A stretch of 64,000 nucleotides of DNA, taken from the human T2T-CHM13v2.0 reference genome, Homo sapiens. Shown in pieces: positions 41,051 through 54,993 of this stretch (position 1 is the stretch's first letter; each line of letters begins with the position of its first letter). The stretch lies in NCBI RefSeq assembly GCF_009914755.1, contig NC_060940.1, one strand, 5' to 3'. A program made the position numbers and the translations under genes. Below the pieces are notes generated by a model that was not told where the DNA came from, ran no database searches, and saw only the letters and a program-made list of their open reading frames with translations.

Positions 41051-43478
41051 TACCACGTTAACAAGAAGAGCCATAAGGCTCAGCAGAGCACTCTAAGAAT
41101 CTCAAGGGAGGAGTCAGGGACATAAGAAAAAAGATGAAACCTGAAAACTCAGGATGGTAACAAAGGTTCTCAGAGGATGTTCGCATTCATCAAGGCCCAG
41201 GAATGGTGGGGGTGAGCAGCTGGCAGCATGCTCTCCAACTCCCTGGGTCAGCTCCACAGTGGTGAGTGGGCCCTGGCGGGGAACCTCCAACCCCCACGCC
41301 CTCTTCTGAAGGCGGAGGGTGGCACGCTCCTTCCAGCACTCCACCACAGCCACCCAGCTCTCCAAAGAGCACAGCAGGTAAATGCTGGGCGTTGTCCTGG
41401 GGCTTCTCGCAAAAGTCGCTCTTGACGATAATGGCTTTAGGAGGCTATGCAACCACACGCCTGGCATCTGAAACATCATCTGAGGCCAGGTGTTGCATCT
41501 CTAATTAGGATGGGGATTTTTTTCACCCCACACAGAATTTACATAATTGGGAAGGAGGTTACAACGAGGACCATCCCCACCAATTGTGCGTTTTCCACGG
41601 CCTCCTTCCACTTTCCCTTGCACACCTCAAATTTAAGGCAGAAATGAATCGATTTGAATTTTTTGAAATTAATTATCATCATTGCCATGGAAAATGTATC
41701 TGCCACTTTCCCTGGGGAGTTGAGAGAGGAGGGGTGATCTCATGTGGAGGAGTGCTGGGAGTGCCACACATCACCCACTGTCCTCTTAAGGAAAAACCTC
41801 CACCTCACCCGACCTCACCCAGTGGGTCCTCCAAGCACCTCCCAGTTTGGTCTGAGCATTCTTCAGAATTTTTTTTAGCACCAAAATTAATGCTTTAAAA
41901 TGTCACTTGCTACAGTAAAATTTATCAACATTATTATATACCATAGAAACTGCCATCCCAGACAAATGCACGACATTAAAATTTGGTCTAGAGCTCCCCA
42001 GAGGAAACGTTTGCTGCAATTTGTATAACAGTTTATATATTTATGCTATTTAATGGTACAAAGCAATAATTATGACTTCATTCACTGATAAGCAACGGCA
42101 TTACATAAATCTGATGCGGATTTAGAACATGCCAGCTCTGACACCAGTGTACTAGTTGTAAATTATGTTGCCGTTAAAAAAAAAAATCCAAGCAAATATG
42201 AAGGAGCAGCAGGAAACTAATAATGCATCTCCAGCTGTTCCAGTTAACCTGCAAATGTGGCCATCTGCACCTCGGGAGAAAGAGAAGGGGAGAGAGACGG
42301 GGAAGGCGGAGCAGAGAGAAGGGAGAGAAGGAGACAGCCGCCTTCGGGGAAGCACAAAGCCTTCCCCTGACATCGAACCAATGACCTTGCTCCTCGCTGC
42401 CAGGCAAGCCGTGCCTGAACCAGGAAAAGTTTCCCAAGAGCGCTGGGTCCATTCTCCACTCCTCTGGCATCCACACCCGGACCCACACTCCTGCCCCTGG
42501 CCAGAAAGGTGGCCCCAGTGTCATCCCTCCTTTCCCTGCCTCTCTAGAGACTCATCTTGAACCTTCCAGTTCCTAGTTACTGCAACACTGGTCTGACCAG
42601 GCAGCTTCCTCTACAACTTCATTTCTTTCTTTCTCCTTTTCATTTTAACACAGGCCTATCTTGCATTTTTTTTCTTAAGTGGGATGAGTGGTGAAAAAAA
42701 GTAGTTATTGTCAGATGTGTGCCCACTTCAGATGGTTCAAAATGGAGCTACAGGGTTCAAAGACTCGAACTATTGAATGAAATGGAAATGCTCAGATGGT
42801 GGCAGATCACAGATCTGCATGTGAGGACTTCCACTGGGCTTTGGATTCCTGGGGCCGTGGGGCTCTTGGCTTTGCCTGGTGAATGGGGGGCAGGAGAGAT
42901 GGTCTCGGGGCCACCAAAGACTGAGGGTGGGAACAGGCAGGAGCTGCAGGCTGGGGGTCTGGGCTGCAACTCAGGCCATGCCCCACCCTGCCTGCACCCC
43001 CCAGAGCAGACAAAGGTCCCATCCGGCCTCCAGCCAGATGGCAGGGAAGAGCTCTCACCAGGCAAGTGCATGATTCTGCTTAGGGGCATGGGCTCCCCTG
43101 TGAACCTCCCCACATCAGCTGCAGCTCCCTGGGACTGTCCCTGGGCCCAAAGAACGGAGGCACAGCAGACCCATTTCCTCTCCTCTCCTCCAGAGGTTGG
43201 CTGACCGAGAAGGTGACAGGTCTGGGACCACACCTCCTTCCCTAGGTAGAAGGGTGCATCTACAGCTTCAGCAACAGCAGCTAACATGGAGCATGGATTG
43301 TGTGCTAATGTGCTGAATACTTTACATAAATTCACACATCCGGTCCTTGTAACGTCCTTTTGTGCTGGGAACTACTGTTATTCCCATCTTACAGATAAGG
43401 AAACTGAGTCACAGAGAGATTATGTAACTTGCTCAAGATCAACCCAGCCAGTGAACTAACTACATTTCTGAACCGTAA

Positions 43479-43871
<393 letters not shown>

Positions 43872-45569
43872 TGATGACCTAGCTGCACATTAATACACAT
43901 GGAAACCAAAGCAAGTTTCATGGAACCACGTGAGAGCTTACTCAGGAGGATGGATTCTGACATTACCCTTCCCTTTTCCCTTTTCGTCCATTCTCTTCCA
44001 TTCTGTGTTCTGCTCCGCCCTACTGTTTCCTCTTTCATTTCGTTGGCTGTGGCTGCCTAAGTTGATTTCATGATTTGCTAATGGGTTGCAGCCTGCAATG
44101 TGGAAAACACTGCCTATTTCAATTCCCTCATTTTACAGAAGGAAAACTGAGGCTCGGAAAGAGAAGACTGCTTGGCCAAGGCCACACAAGTCTGTGGCCC
44201 AGCCAGAACCAAAGCCCAGGCCTCCAGCTCTCTTTCTACAAAACCTGCAGTCAACGCCAACCCTAAGCCTTTCCTGGGCCTACTCAGTGCCCCTTTCTAA
44301 CCACACTGGGGATAACTGGGTCCTTGGCCATAGCGTGGGGACATCATTTGTGGATAAGGGACAGCCGTGGGAGCAAGGGACAGACAAGGGAATGTAGGTC
44401 TCCCCAAAGGGGCTCTCAACTCATGCCAGTAATGATTTTGGGGATGTGGCCGGCCCAACAAGTCTAGCTCTGAGGGCTGCTTGCCAACTGCCCCCAGCCT
44501 GCTGGGCAGAGCCCATGTGGTCACACACAGAGAAGGCGAGGCACTGCCTGCCTGGGAGTGACCTCCATCAGGGTGGGCCTCCCTTCGCAGGTACCTAGAG
44601 GGCCCCTTTGTGGCTGGGTTTGCAGGAAGCTGCTGGACCGATGAAGAGACAGAGGAGGAAACAGGTGATTCTCACAGGGCCACAGGCAGAATCAGCACCA
44701 TCTCTCCCCACTCTCCCTTATCATCAGGTCCCAAACAGAAGAGCTATCTCTATGCCCCTTCCAGGTGGGCCCCCCACGGAAGGCCCTCAAGCTGGGACAC
44801 TGGGAGGGATGTGTGTTCCCACCACCCTCCTTCCCACTCAAACTTCCTATCGTGTTGACAAAATGTTTTTGCAACTAAGAAAACAGCATTTCTTGGCTAT
44901 TTTAATTTTCACAGATTCAACCTCAGTTCCAACATCCAACGCTCCGCTTTTCTGCCAAAAAGTTTCAAAAGCCTCCATTGGAGATTTTTGCAAGGTGCAA
45001 GGAATTGGTTCCTATCAGCATCTCAAAACACAATTCCATCCCCCCTCCCAAAATACACACACATCAGCTTCTTCAAGAGACACATTCTAAGTACCCAGGA
45101 TACGGTCTTTTTATTTTTATGGTCTAAGCAGAATCAATTCCAAGGACTAGAAAAACAATCCCTCAGTGAGAACCTATTCAGTGACACTCCCAGGAGGTCC
45201 CGAGGCCAAACTAGTAGCTCTGTCTCCTTGGCAGCATGGGGGCAAAGGACAAACCAGGCGGGAGGTGGGTCAGACCTGCACCTGCTGCAAAACACGCAGG
45301 GTGCATGGAAGCTGGGATCCAGAGAGGAGGATTGCTTAGAAAAGGCCTCCTTTCCTCCCAGGAAGGGTGAGGAGACCCTCGGGGGCACAGCTGAGCCAGA
45401 GTGGGTGGGGGCTGGAAGACAAGGAGCTGGAAGGGACACCGAAAACGGGCCCCTCAAGTCTGTGGCTGGGACAAGTGGAACAGCCAGGAAGGCATCTGAC
45501 ATGGATGGAAGTCAAGGTGTTTGGACACCTGGACCAAGAGAGTGGCCTCCCACTTGTACACTGTGCAAG

Positions 45570-45880
45570 TCCTGTACCATCTTCCAACTCAAATCTGTGG
45601 TTCTGTTTTAGGGCCACATGGGTGTGTGTGCATGCACTCATGCGCTTTGTCATTAGTTGCCAACATTTAAAATACAAGAAATTTGTATTAAAATATGGGC
45701 TTTTGGCTTCTCTTGAAAACTCAGAACATCTGGACTCTCCCAGATGCAATTGCCTGGGCAGCCATGGAAGGGGTGTGGGCTCTCTGCAGGGTCTGCATAA
45801 CCCTCACTGTCCCACGTGCAGCTGTTGCACCAACTTATGTTAATGCTTGGCCCCCATAGACACAGAGTTGATGACCCTTG
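45570..45880 (-). mobile_element. MER102-like hAT relic
   Basis: ttagttgccaacatttaaaa...ggcttctcttgaaaactcagaa...gagttgatgacccttg. Confidence 0.65.
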
Positions 45881-46994
45881 AACTAGGAGACCAGGGTACC
45901 AGCTCCCTCTGCCACTGACTCACTGTGTGACCTTGGGCAAGCTCCTGCCCCTTTCTGAGCCTCAGTAAAAACTGTGCAATGAGGAGGGTAGAAATCAACT
46001 CTCTTATACTTGATGCCTCCCTGATGCAATTTTAGGCCCCTACAAATAGGGGGTGGGCCAGGAGCAATTTTCCTGGTGAGAAGACAGGGTGGAGGGGGGC
46101 AAGGGGCCAGCGCAGCCCCTGCAGCCGTCCCCAAGGATGTGCTGACGCCACTACTCCAGCTTGATATGAATATTGTGTCAGAGATTGGAGATATTAAGAA
46201 TGACAATGCATTATTACTGCAGAGGGAAATCTCGGGAGTCCTAGAGATAGGATTTCTAAATCCTCAGCCAAAAATCAATAGTAATGCCCAAGAATTTATA
46301 AAAGAAGCACGTCAGTCTGCATTTGAGATGACACACTTTCGGTTTCCAGCTAAACCAAAGGGACAAGTGCAAGCGTGTCATTCAGGAAGGGCAAGAAGCA
46401 AAAGGCAAAAACCTCACACAGGGTCCTGCCTGGGTGATGGAAGGCAGCTTGTAGGCTCTTGCTCAGAGGCCGGGCCATGATCCCAAAAGGCAAGCAGAGG
46501 AACCAGCGGTGCTCCCCAAGGGCCCCCACCCCTCCAGGAGGGGATGGGGATGCAGAAGAGACCCGACCCCACCTGGACCCGCTCTACCCTGGAAACCAGC
46601 ATTTATGGTGCAAGCAAGAACAAACAGGAGGCCCAGGGCAGAGGCACCAGCAGGGCTATTCTGGGCTGTAAAATGGGTACAGAAAAATGGCCCCAGCTTT
46701 CTCCTGGGATGCTGTAAAGATCAAATATTAATTTAAAAAAAATATCAAACAAGCTTTCTGGGGTGTTAAGATTCAACAGAGCACAGACTCTGAAGGCAGA
46801 AGGAGCTGGGCTCAAATCTGCATGAAGTCACTGGAAAAATGATAATAATAAGTCTTACCCTACACAGGGATGTTAGAAGGGTTAGAGGTACTACCTGTGC
46901 AGTATCTGGCAGAATACTGAGTTCTAATAATTACGACAGTTTCAATATTATGGTCATGATTAAAAATGTAAACATTATAATTTATATATATATA

Positions 46995-47373
46995 TTTCTT
47001 TTCTTATATTTTATTTTTTTGAGACAGGCTCTTGGTCTTGCTCTGCCACATAGGCTGGAGTGCAATAATGCAATCATAGCTCACCGAAGCTTTGAAATCC
47101 TGGGTTCAAGAGCTCTTCCTGCCTCAGCCTCCCAAGTAACTGGGACTACAGGCATGCACCACCCCCACGGGCTATTTTTTTACTTTTTTGTAAAGGTGAG
47201 GTCTTGCTAGGTTGCCCAGGCTGGTCTCAAATGCCTAGGCTCAAGCAATCCTCTTACCTTAGCCTCTCTAAGTGCTGGGATTACAGGCATGTGTCGCCGA
47301 GCCTGGCCTATTTTTATTTTTTTTTAGATATGGGGTCTCACTCTGTTGCCCAGGCTGGAGTGCAGTGGCATGA
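46995..47373 (-). mobile_element. AluJ-like element plus an adjacent truncated Alu fragment
   Basis: Antisense dimer ~46995-47308, then a T-tail and right-arm stub ~47309-47373. Confidence 0.88.
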
Positions 47374-49279
47374 TCAATTTTATATGTATTTCTTAATAAC
47401 AACCACTCTTAGTAGATTAGATGATAATTTTAAGTCTTTTTATGAAATAACGTCTTTCCCTGGCATAGGGCTCCCCTGTTTATAAGATTCTCTCATAACA
47501 TTTTCATTAGGGTTGCTCAGAAGATGAAGTGAAAGATTCTCCATTAGATGGGGAACTGAAGCCCCCCAAAAGTGATATGACTGAACCAAACAAATTTGCC
47601 AAGTTAGCAACAGGAAGAGCAATGCCTCCAGCCCAACACAGTCCCGCCTTGGAGGCAGAGGGGACTCCCAACTGCCCCTCCAGTGCCCATTCCTTTGCTG
47701 GGCTTCATGGTCCCCCCACAACAATGATATCTTTTCTCTCCTGACACTGGCACTGGGCAGACTTAGAACAGGATGCATCCATGCTGGAGAGCCCCAGAGT
47801 CAAGCTTATCCAGCTCCCAACTTTACAGACCCCACACCTGAGGCCACAGCTCCAACTCCACATTCAAACCAGGAGTTTGAAGCATGCCTAAGGACTTCCT
47901 CCCTTCCCCAATCCTAGATCCTCAGGTAGTAACGCCGGGCATAGCAGCCCAGGGAGCAAGTGCACTAAGAATGAGCATTCTACCTCTACCCATTTGCCAT
48001 AGCTCGGAGGCAAGACCCACACCACCTTCACAGCCCACCTTGGTGACCACACCTTGACCCAGGCCCCCAAATCCCAACTACCTCCTAAACAATCTGGCCG
48101 AACATCCTCTCCCTACTTTGTCCAGTCTAAACCATTTCAACAGGGTGCTCTAAATGCCAAGAATCGACTGGGCAGTGGGTGGTGAGCACCCAGGGTGTCT
48201 CCAGGACCAGTTGTTCTGAAAATGCCAACTCAATGTTCTCCATTTGTTTTCAGGGACTCATTACATTAATAGGCCCCTATGGTATCACTTTGGCTATTAT
48301 AAATGGTGGTTCTTCTGCTTGACTGTGAGCTCTCTGATCTCCCTGAATTATTTTCAGTTGGCTTTTCTGATATGGAATCATTATATGATTATTGTAGGAA
48401 ATTTGCAAAATACAAAAACAGATAAAGATCGCCCTTAATTCTACCCCTGTTAGAAACCCACTGTCAAGATTTTGGTCTGTTTCCCTCTGAAGATATAAAT
48501 CTTACACGAGACCTTCAGGACAAAAGCACCTGGCACAGTGCCTGGTACACAGCTGGTGCTCGACACATGTAGCTTGAAGAAATCTGTAAGAACAATCAAA
48601 GAATGAGTGAATTTGGATGTAAAGTGCTTTAAAACAGCACTTTAAAATTAAGAGCTTGGTCAAGATGGAAACTGGGATGTAGACAACTCACCAAGGAGTA
48701 TCATTTTCTTCTGTATTTCATGGGTTCATTTCATAATTAAATGTTAAAAAAAAATTAAGAGACCTCATGGACACATATTAAACACACCTACATCAAAAAC
48801 TAGGATTTTTCCCCCTAAAACAAAAATAAAAACAAAATACACTGGTCATTCCTTAATGATCCTTAATGCCTATGTCAGTAGGTCCCTCCCACTCCAAAAT
48901 CCTAGCCCTTGCCACAAGGAAGAAGCTGGGAAGGAACCTCTCCAGTCTATACCTGGAGCACCAGTAATTCAGTTCAGGCTGTGCAGGGTGGCATCCAGCC
49001 TACAGGCATCACTCAATAAACAGAGGCAACATTTACTGAGCCCTTACCATGCCAGGCACTGTGCTAAGCACTTTGTGTGTAGTATCTTATTTAATTTTGA
49101 CAATGAGCTTCTGTTGTCCTCTGCTATTTTTTCCCATTTTGTAGATGAAAGGGTTAACACACGGGTTAAGTAGCTTTCCTAGGACATAATGCTAGTAAGT
49201 GTTGAAGGTAGGACATTAATTCAAGAAATCTGACTGCAGAATCCTTGCTTTTGATCCATACACTATAATGTCTCATGGA

Positions 49280-49570
49280 TTATGAACAGATAGATGGATA
49301 GATGGTGGATGGGTAGATGGACATCTGGCAGGTGAATGTAACCATGGACAGGTGGATGGTAGATGGTAGATGGAAGAATGAATGAGTGGGCGGATGGAAG
49401 GATAAGTGTATGGGTGAATAAATAAATGGATGGAGGGATGGTGCATGGATGGATGGACAGATGAAATGAAGAGGTTGGTGAGATGGAGAGATGGATGTGT
49501 GGATGGATGGATTGATGGGATGAGGAGGTTGAAAGGATGGATAGATGGATGGGTGGATGTCAGGTGGATA
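49280..49570 (+). repeat. Degenerate (GGAT)n repeat
   Basis: ggatggat/agatgg units. Confidence 0.9.
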
Positions 49571-50689
49571 ATAGTCATGTGTCAGTCCAGATCTGCCTCC
49601 TTTCCTTAACCCAATGCCTCAGCACTGGAGCACACACAAGAAGATGATCCACAAGGCTGCTCCCATCAAAACTACAATAACATGAGAACCACAGACCTGC
49701 TTCCCTCCCATTGTACCTAGGAATTATTTCCACTCAACCCATCAAAGGGCTGAGTTTTCAAGCCCACAAGATCACTGGTCTCTTCCGACCTTCGGAGCTT
49801 TCCAACTGTGGACAGTAGAGAATTTAAAGGGCATCAGGTAAAGGCAAGCCACATACAGAAAGAGGCAGTCCATGCAGCTTGCCCAAAATACCTGCTCTCA
49901 TGCTGAAGACTGACTTTGGTTTTGTTCACTTCCAAACATTCCCTGTGGCTCTCATCACTCTTCAAGTCAGAGCAGAAGTGCCCCCTCTTCTCCAAAGCCC
50001 TCCCTCTCACCCTAGGCAGAATCAGATGCCCCTTCTCAGAGCTCCCATACAGATTTTTCTATCCCAGCGTCTCTCACATTGATTTGCTAGCTGTCCTCTC
50101 CCATGGGACTATTCACGTGAGAGCGGAGATTTCTGCCCTATCAACTCGGAGGCCCCCACAGCCCCCAGTTCAGTACTTTGCACAGAGAGGAACTCAATAA
50201 ATATGTGTGGAATTGATTCCAACATCCCAAACTGAGACCTCCACAGACTCTGCAGCCTCCCCCTACCCCTCTTGGCCACAAGTAAACAAGAGTTCAGCCA
50301 CTGGGCTGCGGAATTTAGCCACCTGCAGTTACTTCTTTATCCACAAGAGAGCACAGTGTCTTGAAGCTCAGCACAAATTCTTTTGTAAATGCCTCGTGTA
50401 CTTATAGAACACTGTATAACTCAAAAATTATAATTAAAATGTCTTAGCTCCTGTATTTATAGTAACATTTAAACTACTGTGCTTTCTTGAAGTCAGTCAT
50501 TTACTTGAGAACAGCACACTTTACGGTGAACAGATCTTTGAAACAGTACCACGGGGATCTAGCCCAGGCACATGTAACTCAATATATGTCAACAGCTGTA
50601 AAAATATTGGTGGGAGAAGGCAGGAAAAAAACTATGAGCCCAGATCAAGTGCCCTGTCTCTCATATCTGACTGTTTTCAGCTGCTCCCT

Positions 50690-51070
50690 CCTCTTCCAAA
50701 TAATTGGGCCATTTTGGTGCCCGCTGTCACACAAGGCGGGCCCTCTTTGAGGCTGGATGATCAAAAAGGTTATAAATGAAAATGATTTCGATGTTGGCGG
50801 CCTAGAGAGTGACCAGGGCGTGCAGGGCGGCAGAGGGGCTGTTCTAATCTTACCAACTGCACGCCGCCATCGGAGAGTATTCCTAGGGCGCGAGCAGCTC
50901 CCCAGGGTGAGGCCACGGTAAATTCTGCCTAATCCCTTCTGCATACAAATGAGCGCCTGGCAGGAGGAGGGAGGGGGGCAGACGCCGCAGCCCCTGCCCG
51001 CTCCTCCTCCCCGGGTTGGCTGTCTTGGCTGAACAAACAAGCCAGCGACAGTGGAGAGGGCTGCAGCCTG
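50690..51070. promoter_or_regulatory. CpG-enriched candidate enhancer with a ZNF423/EBF-like site
   Basis: About 18 CpG by manual count; GCTCCC-CA-GGGTGA at 50897-50910; TAATCC, TAATCT and GGCGGC motifs; no recognisable repeat. Confidence 0.5.
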
Positions 51071-54000
51071 GGTGGAATGAGAAGGAGGAACTCCCGGGGC
51101 CACCAGGGCTAGGGGAATTACATGAGGGGATCCTAGGAGCAGGTGGCCCTGGGGCAGTGTTCTGACCCTCTGACCCCAGGGGGTGGTGGTGGGGACACGG
51201 GTGCTTGGGTGGAAAACGATGGCATGGCTGCAGGCCCCTGATATTGGCCCAGGTGAGAGAATGAAATGGCAGCAGAAGCAGCCTCTGGGCTGGGGCTGGA
51301 GGAGCTGCCAGGTGATGGGGCGGTTTGGGTGGGAATCTGTCCTTCTGAAGGCACAGCACTGAGTTCACAAAGATGCAGAAACTCATCTCCCATGAAGGCC
51401 TCAAGGATGGTAGAAGGCCTCCTCCCACCCACAGGATGAGCACGCAGGAGGCCCAGGAAAGGCCAGGAGGAAGAGCCTCCATCCTGAGCCCCCTTGGTTC
51501 CAGCCCTGCAAGGAAGTGATCAATTCAATTCTGGCAGCCAGATCTAGAGAAGGAGTCTGGGCCTGGGCACCTGGGGCCCCCAAAGCCAGAGAGGGCTGGC
51601 TCCAGAGGGGCTGAGCCTCAAACAGGGAAACAGCCCACAGAGGGGAAAAGACGAGGGTCCCACCACAGAGAGAGCCAACAGACAGCCGGACTGGAGCTAC
51701 ACAGTGTCATCCTGCAGTGCTGGAGGTTTCTGAAGCCAGTTTTGCTTGCAGAAAAACAGAGGCAAGGACTGTTTTTGAGATCAATTCTGAACCTGGTGGT
51801 TAACTCTCCAGGGCAGGCGTTCATAACTTGGACCTGTGGATGGAGCTTGTGGGGCCCCAGACCCCAGCAATGGTGGGCAGATTTCACAGGTGCACTGCAT
51901 TTGATTGTCACAATCTCTGCACAGGGCTAAGGAGTGACTTAAATGAGTTAAATAAAGGATGCACAGCACTTAAACTCTGCTTGGCACACAAGCACCCCAG
52001 GAGCATTAGCTAGTATTAAGATGTTTACTTGTTGGGGGCAAGGAGAGAAAGTTCCATGGCATGAAAAAGGTGAGTTGCCCTGGCAAAGATCCTGGCCCCA
52101 GCCCTGGGTCACTTCCCAACTTGAAAGTGATGCAGGATAAGAGGAGTAGGCCCAGAAGTGGCTGTAGGGGCCCTCCCCAGTGTGCAGGAGAAATCATGTC
52201 CTTTGCTAAGTAATGGACCCATCAAGAGGCCCAGGTACCTGCACAGATATGCAAATCCACACAGCTCAAAAGCTAGCATCAGCCCAATTCTGCTAAGGGA
52301 TCCACACACACCCACACACACGCACACACTTGTACATGCACACACATCCCACGTCCACATCTTCCATGAAATCAGCAGGAATTGCACATTTTGAGGACCC
52401 AATTAAGCTCAGTGTGTATTTGACAACCTTTCAACCTCCAGAAGACATTTATTTTTACAACACTCTCCAGCTGAGAAATTACTAGGTTTCTGCCCTTTCC
52501 TGAATAGTCTTGGCATTGGGAAGCACCAAGGTGTACCTGGAAGCGAGCGGGGTTTTGGGGGGGTCCCACCTGGAGGGGCCCAGCAATGACATCAGAACCA
52601 CTCAGTAAGGGGGTCTCAGAGGCAGGGATGTCCGAGGTGGGGGCAAGTCCTGAGCTCCTTAGGGGCCACAGGGGCTTCCCTCAACCTTGGACATCCCTGG
52701 CCCAGGCTTGCCCCAGGCATGGCCTGAGTCAGCTGCCCCTTCCACCTTCTCACCATCCCCTGGACTCCTAAACACCACTCTGAAAGGCAGTTGTATGTCT
52801 GGGGTGGGGAGTACTCTCCATCTCATGGACAGAGAAAGCGAGTCCCAGAGAGGTCTACTGACTTATCTGTGGCTTGGCCACACAAAAGGGGCAAAGCCCT
52901 GGGATATTGCCACTTCCCGCTTTGTACTTTCCTACTCAGTACCAAAGGGGGTCAGGGAACAGGGTACAGTACGGGAAATAAAAAGAAAAACAGAAAAGCA
53001 AAGCCTTCTCTGCTAATGAGGTATGGTGGGCTGGAGCATCAGCATGGGGCCAGATGGCGAGAGATTTCCCCTAATCTTTCTAGGAGGCCCCAGGGAACAT
53101 CCTCACCAGTCTCCATCCATCCCTGATGAAATTCCTCCAACTCTCTCCTGCTGCAGAATGAGTGGTTGGACCCAAACCTATCTCAACATCACTGACTTAT
53201 CTCTGCCCCAAGAGGATGAATCTTCCCCCACTGAAAAGACCAGGACTTAATATCCTTGTCAAGGAAGAAGAGTTGATGACAACATGTTTTCCTGTGGGCG
53301 GTCTGCTCCTGATTCCTGGCTCTTTGGACCTTCGCCAAGCTCCATCTTTTGTGCATTTGAACCAAGGTCTACTGTCTACATCAGTATCATCAGGACATTG
53401 CTGGCCAATGTACCCAGATGCTAGAATTTCATGGGTATTTCATAGCAGGGTCCCATATTCACTAACATTTTCAAACAAAGATGAGTAAACTGAAGGCACG
53501 ATCCCAGTCAAGAAAGCCCACAGATGTCCTCCCAAGAGAGGTGCAAACGGTACCACTGCTTGTAGATTTACCCAGCACACATCTATGATTTCAATGTTAG
53601 TCTCTCTTTGGTCTTTGGCTGTCTAAATGTCATGGTGACTTTGCCAGGGCAAAAGGTGTGCCCAGAAAATTGCCACCCTGTCACAGTAGCCTGAGAGCAG
53701 GGTACCGAGTAGAACATATGCTCTGTATGGCTTTGTTTGCACCTCTGATTCTGCTATCTCACAAGCAGCAGGTTGGCGATTAACAAAATAGCAATAGCAT
53801 CGAAGCCGGTGACAACTGCCATCATCACGGCAGTGACGACAGCTGTCACCAGGAGCCAGTGAGCCTGCTCCTTCCCACCCCCAGAGTCCCCAAATAGGCA
53901 GGAGCTCTGAGCATTTTAGGGAAACTTGGCCAATCATTTCCGTGAATCTTTACTGCCTGGACAGATTAAACCCAGGCCCCAAGTGGCTCTCCCAGTTGAC

Positions 54001-54786
54001 AATTTTTCTTTCAAAAAGGCCGAAGTTGCTGTGAGCCAAGTTCTTGCAGCCGAATTCCTGGACACAGTTTCCAACAATTCCAATCAGCCAGCTCTGCGGT
54101 TGGGCTGGGATTTCAAGCTTGCCACAGTATGAAGTCCAGTTTGGGCTATATTCCCTTCCCTCTCGCAGCATGATGAAGGTTTCCCCGCAAAATCAAAAGG
54201 CTTACTGTCAAGTTTTCGATTGGTCTGGGCTTCGTGCTATCGTGTGTGGTGTGGGAAGGAATATGAATGTGGTGCCGGCTCTACCATGGGGCCTTGAGGC
54301 CTCGTCCAAGCCATCCAGGGACCTTATGAAAGTGGAACGGAACTCTTTTCATGTATATTCCAACTGCTGAAATTCCCCAGACACGCCACAGTGTGCAAAC
54401 TCGGTGTAAAAAGAACAATGGCTGGATAAAAACCGAGGCGAGTCGGCCGAGTACGCTGAAGACAAGCCAGTGTTGCTAATGCAAGGGAAGCCAAGCCTGG
54501 ATTCTCCCCCTCCTTCTTCACCTCTTCTTTTCTTCTTTTCTTTTTTCCTTTAGCACGTGGAACTTAATGAAAATAAAGTCACCGTGTTTCCAGGGCAGGA
54601 GGCTGCTCTTTACTTGAATAAAATGTACATGCAAATTCACTAAAGGAGGCTGGCACTTGGGAAAACACAGAGATGATACTCAGGGCTCAAACTGATGGAT
54701 AGCATTTATGTCTCCTTTCTTTTTTTCTTAAACCATAGAGATAATATGTGTCTGTCTATATGCACGTACATGTGCACATATAAAAC

Positions 54787-54993
54787 AGGGCTGTGCTAGA
54801 GCCAGTTCATACTGACTCCTGAGAGCCAACTGTGCGTTTCTCTTCCCAACTCCAGATTCAGCGAAATGATATTGGTAGACTGAAATTGGCCCACAGTGGG
54901 AGTATTTACACCACAGAAATCGGCAAAGGCTACAAAATCAAAATTCTGTTTTTTATCGGACAGTGAGTTATTAAATATTTACCAACTATATTG
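54787..54993 (+). mobile_element. MER63-like hAT-Blackjack relic
   Basis: gtgctagagccag...tctcttcccaactcc...gtgggagtatttacaccacagaaatcggcaaa...ttaaatatttacca. Confidence 0.8.

Noticed and set aside
48186-48198. GCACCC-A-GGGTGT as a ZNF423 site
   Set aside because: Half-site spacing is 1 bp rather than 2, and the context gives no further support.
48620-48644. TAAAGTGCT...AGCACTTTA hairpin resembling a miR-17 family seed
   Set aside because: The stem is only 9 bp, far too short for a pre-miRNA.
50099-50108. Perfect EBF motif TCCCATGGGA
   Set aside because: It lies at an L2 3'-end relic, and 8 fixed bases are expected by chance about once in 64 kb.
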